Source of the DNA: Balanoglossus misakiensis
Taxonomy: Eukaryota > Animalia > Hemichordata
Assembly (NCBI GenBank): GCA_040954595.2
Contig: CM082584.2
Span: forward strand, 13,828,896 to 13,892,895
Length of the DNA: 64,000 nt
Direction of reading: 5' to 3'
The notes under the pieces were generated by a model, which saw only the letters and a program-made list of their open reading frames with translations, made no database searches and was not told where the DNA came from. Below, one piece after another: positions 25,819 to 36,934 of this stretch; position 1 is the first letter of the stretch, and each line of letters opens with the position of its first letter. Made by a program: the position numbers and the translations under genes.

Positions 25819-28800
25819 ATGAGACTTTGGGCGGTATTGGTTGCCCTCATCGGGTTCGCATTGACAGAAGCGACAGTATATTTTCGAGAGCGATTCGATG
25901 GTAAGTGAAATACTTCCCAGTTGTAACTTAGCTTGCTCTTAATGTAGGGCAATGCCAATTTTAATGCCATTTAAAATGTTCGGTTTCATCTCATGTGGAC
26001 CATGGTTATCCTTAGTTTACCGATCTATAAACTATTGGTTTAGTAAATATCAAGTGTGTTTAGTTTTTTGTCGCACTTCGATCAAATACGCCGATATTTT
26101 GTGTTAGCACCTCCTACTAACTGGGCTATTCGGAGTATTCCTTTCAACGTGGCCTGCATGGTACATGTTAGGTTCAGGAATGTGCGATATTTCCCCAACT
26201 TGCCTCCCCCTCCGCTGAAAAACATAATTTGTGGTAGTGGTTAAATCGATTTCATCAAGTGAAATGTAAAGTCGTGCGCTTGATGACAATTAACACAACT
26301 TATTTCGATGAGCTGATTGCTTCAGTCAAGGCTAATGGGGGCTACATGTGAGTTGTAAGATTACTGCACTATCTGAATGCTTTAATATTCATGTGTCCGT
26401 TACCAAAGCGTGGGCTTGGCCAAGTCGAAAAGTTCAATCCGGAAGTTTACTCAAATCTGATTATAGCTTGATCGAAGCACCAGTGTGTGAAACCATATTA
26501 TTGACCATTTGAATTGCAATCCTATGTGTGTGTGTGTGTGTGGGGGGGGGGGGGGGTTGTGCGCTCACAAATTAGCCTATTCCGAGTCTGTACATACAGC
26601 TGTACGTCTAGCTCTGGACTTATGCGCTGTTTGGGTCTACGCTGCTCTCCGTCCCCCACAGCTATGGAGCCATGCGTAGGAAATCCTGTTGGGGTGCGGA
26701 GCAAAATGATTCGCACCGATTTTCAAACAATAAACTACATGAACATGTACATAATGTTGTCAGAAATAAAGATCGAACGAAAATTTCACAAATGGGAACC
26801 TACTTGACGTGTTTGTCGCCGAATCGTAAACGTCGTTAACGCAGCGCCGTAAAACTGGTGACCCTCCCATACAAACATGGACGTTCAACTTCATTTAAGT
26901 CATGTGATCGACACGTGTTTTACTCGGCGTGTTTGTATGGGAAGGTCACCAGTTTTACGGCGCTGAGTTAACGACGTTTACGATTCGGCGACAAACACGT
27001 CAAGTAGGTTCCCATTTGTGAAATTTTCGTTCGATCTTTATTTCTGACAACATTATGTACATGTTCATGTAGTTTATTGTTTGAAAATCGGTGCGTATCA
27101 CTTTACTCGCACCCAACGGTGTTTCCTACGGATGGCTCCATAGCTGTGGGGACGGAGAGCAGCGTAGACCCAAACAGCGCATAAGTCCAGAGCTACTGTA
27201 CGTCATGTGATTTTTGCAATCCTGAATCACTGGAAATAATTTTTGTTTCTTAGAATAAAGGGAAAAGTTCCAATTTTGGATGAGTGAGGAAGATATACTT
27301 AGCTGAGCAAACTAAATACAGGACAGGAATATTGGCTACAAATGGCAAGCTCTGATTGGCTGTGGAGTTTCAGTGATGAATAGCCAATCCCTTGTTAGTG
27401 ATAAATAGTAGTACATTATTATGGATATTAATTTTTTTATGATAGAGGTTTTATAATGGTACATTCATGGAGTTCTTGATAAAGAGTTTGGTTTAATACC
27501 GTTAAATGCATTTAGTTTGATTATTTATAAAAGTGGTATTTTGGATTTTAAAACCATTTTCAAACTAGAGGTCCTCTGCTGTCAAGTAATGAATTGTTCA
27601 GACTATGTGCTAACTTCAAATTTTCCTTTTCTGCTCTTTTTTTCTTTTGACTTTAGATGGTTGGGAAGACCGATGGGTTGAATCTACCGCAAAAGGTGCA
27701 GAACAGGGAAAATTCGTACATTCGGCTGGTAATTTTTATGGTGATGCTGAGCTGGACAAAGGTGGGTATTTTACGCACTTGTATAAGTTGTAATAAATAC
27801 ACCAGTAACATGTTGTTATATCATGCACTGCTGGTTCCTTTAGTTTTTGTGCTGGTTGATAAATGTGTGTAGCTGCCATGTATTCACTGTTGTGGCGGTG
27901 AAGAAGTTGATCATGGACATCATTGCATGTCTTCATATATGGGTGAAATGATGTTAAATTGAACTGATTAATAAGTGATGGTTAAGTGAAAAGCTGATCA
28001 CCCCATTCATTTAATTGAGTATCCCAATTTTCTTCCCCTTAGTCTACGGTATTTACTATTCAGAAAATTCAACCTTATTACCACAACATAATATAACATA
28101 ATGTGATTATCATGTAAATTAGTCACTCGCCTATCAAAAATTCCTGGGGAGTCTCTGAAACATTTGTTAGGAAAAAATCTTTGTTCTCATGTCGGCCTGA
28201 ACATCTTTTAACCCTTTCACCCCTAGTTCCCTTTTTAGAGGTCCAGCCTTGCCATAGAACCCAATGGGTTTGGACTGAACCATTGTGAAAGGGTTAATTC
28301 ATGGGTGAATTACACTGATAATGTTCATTGGCCGATTACCTATAACATGTTCCTCTTTCCATGGTATATACAGGTATTCAAACAAGCCAAAATGCCAGGT
28401 TTTATGGAATTTCGGCAGCATTTGACAAATTCAGCAACGAAGGAAAAGATTTGGTTGTCCAGTTTACAGTCAAGCACGAACAAAAAATAGACTGTGGGGG
28501 TGGCTATGTTAAACTCTTCCCAAGCGGTCTTGATCAAGAGAAGCTTCACGGTGACACACCTTACAACATTATGTTTGGTAAGTGAATTGTTCATACCACA
28601 CTGAGATACCTGATATTTGATTTTCTGTTAACTGTGGTTTGTTGCACTCTTTGTTAAAAGTTTTGAAAGTCTGATGAATGATGAGAACTCTGTATCAATA
28701 CCATCTTTCGGGGCTGAAACCCGTGATGATGATCTTTATATCTGAACATCATGACTTCTACTCATCTGAAGTACTGTGCTTAAACAAATTCTGATGTTGC

Positions 28801-31627
28801 TTACATGAATGTCCTACTTTTTTGTAGGCCCTGACATTTGTGGTCCAGGAACGAAGAAAGTGCATGTCATCTTCAACTATGCACCCAAGAAAGATAACCT
28901 CTTGATCCAAAAAGACATCAGATGCAAAGTAAGCTTGTCAGTCATTGCTTCTCAGTAGGTCATCAACATCACTCCAGAGGTGCTCTTTTTCACTCTCCCA
29001 CACTACAGGAGTGACTGAAGTTTTTAATGGCTGTGGTAAATTATGTATGTTTGTCATTTAAAAAAAATGTTCATTGTTCATGTATTGACTGGCTGTGAGG
29101 GGTAGCAGTACACCCCTTCTCTACCAAACAGAGTACTGGTCATTTCAAAATGGTCAGTTTCCTGGGGCCCTTTTACTAACCAGGTTACAGTTCACTCACT
29201 TTTGGCAGAGAGCTAGCTGCATGTATCAATGCAAAAATTGATCCCTCACCACCTGACACGACTTGACCAATCACAGCATGAGAAACTGGTAAGGTGTCAG
29301 ATTTTTCGTTTTTGCTGATTCCTTGTCCTTTCTTCTACACGCAGGATGATGAATTCACACACTTATACACACTTGTCGTGCATCCTGACAACACATATGA
29401 AGTCAGAATCGACAACAAGAAAGTACAGAGTGGAAGCCTGGAAGACGACTGGAACTTCCTGGCACCCAAGAAGATCAAAGACCCGGAAGCCAAGAAACCG
29501 GAGGACTGGGATGACAGGGAAAAGATTGATGACCCGGAAGATGCTAAACCAGAGGTGAACTCCTTAGTGCTAAATTGGCACATAAATTAGTTCCATGGCT
29601 TTTGTGATATTTCCATGACCTGTATTTCCCAGGCAGTTGGTGTCAGATTAGCAAATGGTAATAAGACCTACGTTTGGTAAAACTTGTATCCATGTGATTT
29701 GCAATATGGAGATCACCTCTAATGAGATTGAAACAAGATGTCCAGCTAAGAATTGTGGCCTGCCTCATGACATAAATTTCATATTTTCAAATTTTTCTGT
29801 TTTATTAAACTTGTCAGGATTGGGATAAACCAGAACACATTGCTGATCCCGATGCAGAGAAACCAGACGATTGGGATGATGAAATGGATGGCGAATGGGA
29901 ACCCCCAATGGTTGACAACCCAGACTACAAGGTGTGTAATAGATAATGAGATGCATGTAACTCCACCAATATAGAATAGATCTTGCTAGCTGGTTACTTT
30001 TTTGTCAGTAAGCCTGTGTTCCCTGTCCCGCTGGTGACCTATGACATTAAACGTTCTTCTGAAGCTGTTTCAAAGGGTTTGGGGAACTTGTGCAAAATTT
30101 TCGACAAGAAAACTGATTAACTTGTGCTACGAGTGCAAACAGATTGTGAAAATGTAATAGGGAATTTTTTGCCTGTGCCCATAAATGACAGCAAGTGATT
30201 GGTTTTACTTTTTGCAGGGAGAATGGAAACCAAAACAGATTGAGAATCCGGACTACAAAGGAAAGTGGATCCATCCAGAAATTGATAACCCAGATTACTC
30301 ACCAGACGAGAATCTGTACAGATATGCAGACTTTGGTGCTATAGGAGTTGATATCTGGCAGGTAAGATGCAATGCAGATGCCAAGAGCTAGTTAGTTAAA
30401 AATTGTGGCTGTATCCGTAGAAAATTGTTATTTTATGACACACTGGAAAGCGTTTACTAACTGTATCAGTTTCAAAGTATCTGTTGCTGTGTACAAAGTG
30501 CTGGGCTAAACCTAGTGCTCAGCAGTTTCAAGCATGCTTTGCAGACTTTTCAGTCTTGGGTTGTAAAAAAAATGCCATCTTGTCATGTTATCTCCGCAGG
30601 TGAAATCTGGAACAATTTTTGACAACATACTTATCACAGATGATATTGAAGAAGCAGAAAAAGATGCAAACGAATATTTTGAAGTCACAAAGGTAGGTCT
30701 ACAGCTCAGAATGCATTTAAGTGATATGGAAATGTAGGAAGTTTGAAGTTTTGACTTGCACCAGCTTACTCCAAATGTTTCTGCAGGGGATGTATTTAGT
30801 GTGAATAAAGCTTGAATGACTTGTGCTCGCGTGGTCTAGCCAAGTCCCATTTGCAAAAAAAAAAGGTAACTTACAAGTACTGCTTTGTATGTTTGTGTCC
30901 ACGCACGCGAGTGCACAAGAAAATTTCCATCTGTTCTACAGTAAAACCTCTTCCTATCTGGAAACCTATGTATGCTGAACACATTTCCCAGTCCCTTTCA
31001 CATAGAACCAAATGTTAAAATGTTAACGGGGTTTACTGTACTGTAACACCCAATGACTGCCGACAGTTGCTGAAGGATACGTTAACATAGCTCTTGACAA
31101 CTTGAACACTGATTCGTAAACCTGTGTTCAAAATTAGTTGATTTAAAGTTAAGGGGTCGTCGCACCGTGTGGATGTCCCCCCTTGAAGAGAATATGTCCT
31201 CCCATACCAGCGCAAACCCCACTACAGTCACCACGACCTACTAGGATCTTCAGTTGCTGTCATGCCCAATCTACGCTACAGTTGGCTGCTTCGTTCATTT
31301 TAAGCATTATCTTATTTGAGGGATTTGTGGATGAATTGTGATGTTCATAAACAAACGCGCCACGACGACCCCTTCACTTTTAGCAACAAAAATGAAAAGT
31401 TTGAAAGTCGTCTGCTTTTCCTTTTTTTTACACAGACTGGAGAAAAAGAAATGAAAGACAAACTGGACGCAGCAGAGAAAGCGAAACGTGATGAGGAGGA
31501 GAAGGGGCTTAAAGATGAAGATGAGGAGGATGAGGAGGAAGAAGAAGAAGATCTGGAAGATTTTGAAGAGGCAGAGTTTGAAGATGAAGATGAAGAAGAT
31601 GCTGCAGAAACGCATGACGAACTCTAG
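25819..31627 (+). CDS. CALR: Calreticulin, 414 aa, 9 coding exons
   Basis: Exons 25819-25900, 27657-27761, 28374-28577, 28828-28928, 29345-29554, 29818-29931, 30218-30361, 30600-30692 and 31436-31627 splice in frame. The protein has a signal peptide MRLWAVLVALIGFALTEA, KHEQKIDCGGGYVKLF, IMFGPDICG, P-domain repeats KPEDWD / GEWKPKQIENP, an acidic tail and C-terminal HDEL*. Confidence 0.97.
26600..27204. mobile_element. 587-bp foldback element (26609-27195) with ~270-bp TIRs and a 9-bp TSD in calreticulin intron 1
   Basis: CTGTACGTC|TAGCTCTGGACTTATGCGCTG ... CAGCGCATAAGTCCAGAGCTA|CTGTACGTC. Arms about 26609-26877 and 26930-27195 are near-perfect reverse complements with a ~50-bp spacer. Confidence 0.9.
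28208..28297. mobile_element. 82-bp piggyBac-like MITE (28212-28293)
   Basis: TTAA|CCCTTTCAC ... GTGAAAGGG|TTAA: TTAA TSD with CCCT termini. Confidence 0.75.
31143..31382. mobile_element. TTAA-type MITE (31147-31378) in the last calreticulin intron; related end fragment at about 987-1045
   Basis: TTAA|AGTTAAGGGGTCGTCG ... CGACGACCCCTTCACT|TTTA. Its left end (GGTCGTCGC.CCG...TGTCCCCCTTGA.GAGAATATGTCC) recurs at 987-1045. Confidence 0.65.
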
Positions 31628-32142
31628 AGCTTTTTCCTTCATTTTTTGAAAGTTAAAATGTCCCATTCTCAGAGTTATATTTAATTTTTATTTTCTGGGA
31701 GTCTTCAGACATTTTGGAAGGGGGGATTTTTATTTACTTCAGGTGTATGTCCAACAGTGTGTGTTTGCTGCAACCAATGGAGCTCCGTATTAAAGTTTTT
31801 TATAGCAAAGTCCTCCCTTACACAAGATTCTATGAACACTTTAGCTCCAAGAAAACCTTTTTAATTTTTGGAATAAAATTAGAACCTCTTCCTGTGGTAC
31901 AAAAAATATGAAATGTGTGTAATTATAAATGTAATAACTAGACTGATCCAGTCTTTCCTATCTTCCCCATGTAGTAGAGTTGCATATATTTTCGAGTTTT
32001 AAATGTTCTGGTGTTCCTTTTTTCGTTGTTGGTCTTGTTACATTTGTATCCAGAACATACCCACTGAAATGGGGAAGTTTTCCAGTTATTGGGGTCATCT
32101 CATTGAAGCAATTAGAAACCAGAGAACATTTTCAAATTGGTA

Positions 32143-32148
32143 AATAAA
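32143..32148 (+). terminator. Probable calreticulin polyadenylation signal
   Basis: AATAAA about 515 nt after the stop codon, followed by T- and GT-rich sequence. Confidence 0.5.
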
Positions 32149-32446
32149 TTTATTTACAGATTTTTATTTCAAAACCTTTTTTCTTGGTGAAGTCTGTTCC
32201 TGTATACTGATTTCAGAGTTTTCCAATTTCTTCTTACAGTGTGTGTGTGTGTGTATGTGAAAGCAAACAATTGGGAAGTAATCCATGAAACAACCCCTCA
32301 CCCTGGGCCCTACCCACTCAATTTGTACAAGTCCATGTTCGAAGTGATACTGTCAGTCGTGGTTTATTCCATGTTATTTCATTCACATGATTGAGGGTCA
32401 AGGCAAATAGTAACCAGACAAATCTATGAACACCATGTGAGTTGGG

Positions 32447-32620
32447 TTAAGGATGTATGCGCAGAACATAAACTGATAAACAGTGCATGTGTGTCTCTTT
32501 TCCCCATAGGATTACATTGATAATTGCAAGAAAACAAACTTCTACTATTGTCATTTTCACGAAATTTTACACATAGCTCAAAGAAAAAATAAATTCAATG
32601 GTCATGTAAAATCGTATTAT
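32447..32620 (+). repeat. Dispersed repeat fragment homologous to 21256-21430
   Basis: Shares the TTAAGG.TGTATGCGCAG start and internal blocks with 21256-21430. Confidence 0.6.
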
Positions 32621-35079
32621 CACCACACTATTTTGAGATAAATTTCGCTAAAACTTTTGCCCATAGACAAACCAAAATTATCGGTTGTGTATAGTACATG
32701 CTGGTTGTTTAATCTGTATTGATTTCATCGACGGAAGTTGGTATTTTCGGCAATTAAAACCGGCACACAAGACTTAATAATACTTAAGGAATGAAATTAT
32801 AATTAATGCAGTTTTCTTATTTTGTTGCAAATGTATATCTGAAAGTTTGCAGTGGAGGAGCGTGATTTTATGTTCGGTCATTGGGTCTTCGGCTGCACTG
32901 ACTTGTGGTGGTAGTGAAATCTGCAGAACGGTAAATGGCTTCGCTTCCGTTATTTTGAGAAACAACACTACTATAATTGAGGTATTTTCGTCTGGTAAAC
33001 GATTGATAGGCAACATAAACCCAAATCTCCCTAACGACCATGTTTGAAGCCAGGATATGATAATCGGAAAAAGCCAGTTGAGAAACGTCTCTACTTTCTT
33101 TGCGACAAAATGATCGAAATTCGCAAAGTCGGAAAACTCATTTTTTGAAAAAATCATGAGCTATAATAATTTGTGGGCTTATGGCCGTTGGTGGCGTCCG
33201 ATCCCGCTGCACAGGTGAGACACAGGATCATGGGAAATACAATGCACCTGTGCTACGAGCTCATCCACGTTTTAAATGCAAATCGCGCAAAGCGACCCGG
33301 ACTATCAAGAGAGCAACAACCTGCAGAACAAGAGGATTTTGTCTGACAAGCTACGGGAATTTCTACAGCCCGGAAACCAAGATAAAGAACATATTATCTA
33401 CTAGGTAAGTAACCGGTATTTACTAAAATTAGCGCTCCGACTTTCGACCCTAGTGAGGAAAAGGTGAAGACCTTCGTTAGTAATTCGAGCCTAGTTTTCG
33501 AGAGAGTAGTCGGAGTACTCGCCATTGTTCCAAGAAGCGACGTGTTTTTTTCTTTTGAAACGTGGCGCGGACGCCCGGCCCAATTGCGTTCAGTTTTCAA
33601 CACTTGCACCAAATAAATCTATTCACTAGTTTTTTTCTGATGAGAGCCAAGGAACTATAGTTGTCGTGTTCAATTTTTGTCAGGAGTTTGACCTAGTTTA
33701 GCACAGGCTCTTTCACGTTTCATAAACAAGTATGTTGCCAATAATATTTTGCCAACACGTTCACACTTTGAGTAAATTGATATTTTAATATTCTGGACGC
33801 AACGAATTTCTCTCGACACAGTGTTGTGTTGGCTCATATTTATGCACCCCAATCAATCCCTTAATTTCGGACCAATTGGATAAGTAGTGCTGTTTATTTC
33901 CGTATTTCATGGCCTCCGGCCCAAAATTCTTTACATTTTCTTTTAAAACTTAAAACGGACGGGAATACTTAAACTTATTTCATAATTGAAAATCATCTGT
34001 CTTTTCTCACTCCCATGATAGCATGAAAAAAGCAATGCTGCTGAACACTGTAGAAAGGTACCATCGTTTGAATTCATAAGGAAAAAATCTTTCTGTTAGT
34101 CGGTGGGTTAAAATACATCGTAAGAATATATTTTAGTCTGTGACTGGAACAAAGTACAACACAATAGGAAATGATGTTCATCTTCATTTTCGTTACTGTC
34201 ACACAACAAGCAAATCATTTTGTTTTATCTACTCTGTGCTTTCTATCTGTTATCAAAAAACGTTCATGAAAAGCTGCATGAAAAAAAATATCTTCCTAAA
34301 TTCACAATTTCGTCACCGTAATTATTTTCAAAAAGATCATTTTGTAGTTCAAAGATGCCATATAATATCTAAATTTTAATAACAAGTGATATGTAATCAA
34401 AAAGGGAGGTTCTGTAACATGCATTTAAAAACGGGGGTCCCCACACCCGTTTTCCTGTAAACCCACAAAATGCTGTTCATACTATAATATTGCATATATA
34501 GTTCTAAATATCCAACCGATAGAGGGTGCTGTTTAATATTCGTACTTTGAGTACGATAATACTTTTTTGTTGTACGTTAAACTTGGTCAACTATTTAACA
34601 CATAATTTCGCCGTATATACTGTAAACACTCAGGATTTTTTTCGCGACAGGAAATTTTCGCGATATCAAAAGAGGCGACTGTTACGCGATTCATTTTTCG
34701 CGTTCGTATATTTCACTAATTGCATCGTTATTTCTGTAAAATTTCCATTCTACGATTATTTGTCGCATTAGTAGCACGATTCTTGGCTGCAAACCTTCAT
34801 GTTCAAACAAATTGTGTAATGTTTATCAAAGTCATGAAACTGCAACCATTTTTATGCGTACGTGTATTTGTCTTTTTGCCAGATTGTGCATGAATGTAGC
34901 CGAGCTGGTGTGTTGCATTTCACGATGTCAATCACACATGTTTATTCGCGACTGCATGCATTTAAGTTTCCATGGCATTGCAGTGAAGAACTTCACTCTT
35001 CAATTCTACTAATGCATGTTTTTATAGATCCGTATTCAATTTGAGTGTGTTTTATCATAGACCATGTAGGGTCCATGAT

Positions 35080-36300
35080 CGCAGATGAAGATATCTGGAT
35101 GTCAAATGAAGAGAAGACACAGGTTTTTAGTCAGCATTTGAAGAGTTTATAATGAGAATGAAGGGATTGCGTTCTGTCCAGTTTTCTCTTAAAGCGACAA
35201 AATCGCTTTTTGACCTTTCAACGATTTCAAGTATACATTGATTACTCGTATTATGTTTGTGTTAAAAATTGATGTTGATTTGTAACCATCATTTCCTGTC
35301 ATACAAAATCAATCTCTAAACGGTCCAAAATGATTGAATTTTGCTCCTTAATCTGTTGATCCAGTGAAGATTATGGCATTGACATTGACTTTCAGTATGC
35401 GTTCCCTTGATCACACTGGTTACTTGTGCAGAATTTCAATTATGTTAATTAGCACACTTGTCTACTATTACAGTTGAGGAGCTACACAATTGTTGCAGCC
35501 ATTGGGAAAACTTCATGACAAGAAGGATTCAGATTAGGACACAGTATGAATTCTCATACACATAAATACATACATACATACATACATACATACATACATA
35601 CATACATACATACATACATACATACATACATACATACATACATACATACATACATACATACATACATACATACATACATACATACATACATACATACATA
35701 CATACATACACACACATACACACATACACACATACATACATACATACATACATACATACATACATACATACATACATACATACATACATACATACATACA
35801 TACATACATGAACATGTGCGTTTAATGTGTGTCAAATGAAATATCAGAGAAAACAAGTCTGTAACCATTTAACTCAACTATGCTTATTAAACTGTAGCCT
35901 AAATGTCCATATGATTTAGTAATTCTAAGAATTACATGTATGAATTGAGGAAATGTTGTTTAGTGAATTGTGCAGTCAAAGCAAATTGATTCAATCTAGA
36001 AAACTGTTTGTGCCATTTCAGCCAATTTTTCTAACTTCAATATTAACGTACTAACACACCATTAACTAACTATAACAACTAACACTTTGGCTGGAGTGGT
36101 ATAAGCAGGCTATGAGAAACTTGTATTCTTGTGACTATTTCTATTTTTCATAATGAGCCAGTTAAAGGTATACAGATGAAATTAAGTAATGTATTCTAAC
36201 TCAATTTAAATTAGCTGTATTTTCCAAAACCTGAAAGTGAAGGCCAAGAAAATTATTCATTTCAAATTTTAGGGTACAGAATTGTTCTCTATGTATGTAT
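35080..36300 (+). repeat. Left copy of a ~1-kb module directly repeated at 50788-51610
   Basis: Colinear shared blocks include GAGTTTATAATGAGAATGAAG, TTCTGTCCAGTTTTCT, GAAGGATTCAGATTAGGACACAGTAT, CTGTAGCCTAAATGTCCATA, GCAGTCAAAGCAAATTGATTCAATCT and GGGTACAGAA..GT.CTCTATGTATG. Confidence 0.85.
35557..35809 (+). repeat. (TACA)n microsatellite
   Basis: About 60 tandem TACA units with a short CACACATA interruption. Confidence 0.97.
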
Positions 36301-36727
36301 GTATGTATGTATGTATGTATGTATGTATGTATGTATGTATGTATGTATGTATGTATGTATGTATGTATGTATGTATGTATGTATGTATGTATGTATGTAT
36401 GTATGTATGTATGTATGTATGTATGTATGTGTGTATGTGTGTATGTGTGTATGTGTGTATGTGTGTATGTGTGTATGTGTGTATGTGTGTATGTGTGTAT
36501 GTGTGTGTGTGTGTATGTATGCAATGTATGCATGTATGTATGTAATGTATGCATGTATGTATGTAATGTATGCATGTATGTATGTAATGTATGCATGTAT
36601 GTATGTAATGCATGCATGTATGTATGTAATGTATGCATCGATGTATGTAATGTATGCATGCATGTATGTATGTAATGTATGCATGCATGTATGTAATGTA
36701 TGCATGTATGTAATGTATGTGTATGTG
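36290..36727 (+). repeat. (TATG)n compound microsatellite, degenerating into 10-bp and 21-bp higher-order units
   Basis: Pure TATG to about 36430, then GTGTATGTGT units, then AATGTATGCATGTATGTATGT units. Confidence 0.97.
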
Positions 36728-36934
36728 AATTCCTATTGTATCCTTGTCCGAATTTTATCTTGTCATGAAGTTCTCCCAATGTCTACAATAGTTGAGAAGC
36801 TTTCCAACCGTGATGGTAGATAAATTTAGCAAATGTTTTGGTAATTGTTTACTAGTGTGCTATAATATAACAGAAACTAACAATATTGAAGTATAATTGC
36901 TTTAAGTTAAGCAGGAAGGATGGCGACAAAATTA

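Noticed and set aside
35529-36823. ORFs of the MYVC/HTYI type
   Set aside because: These are translations of the TACA/TATG microsatellites.
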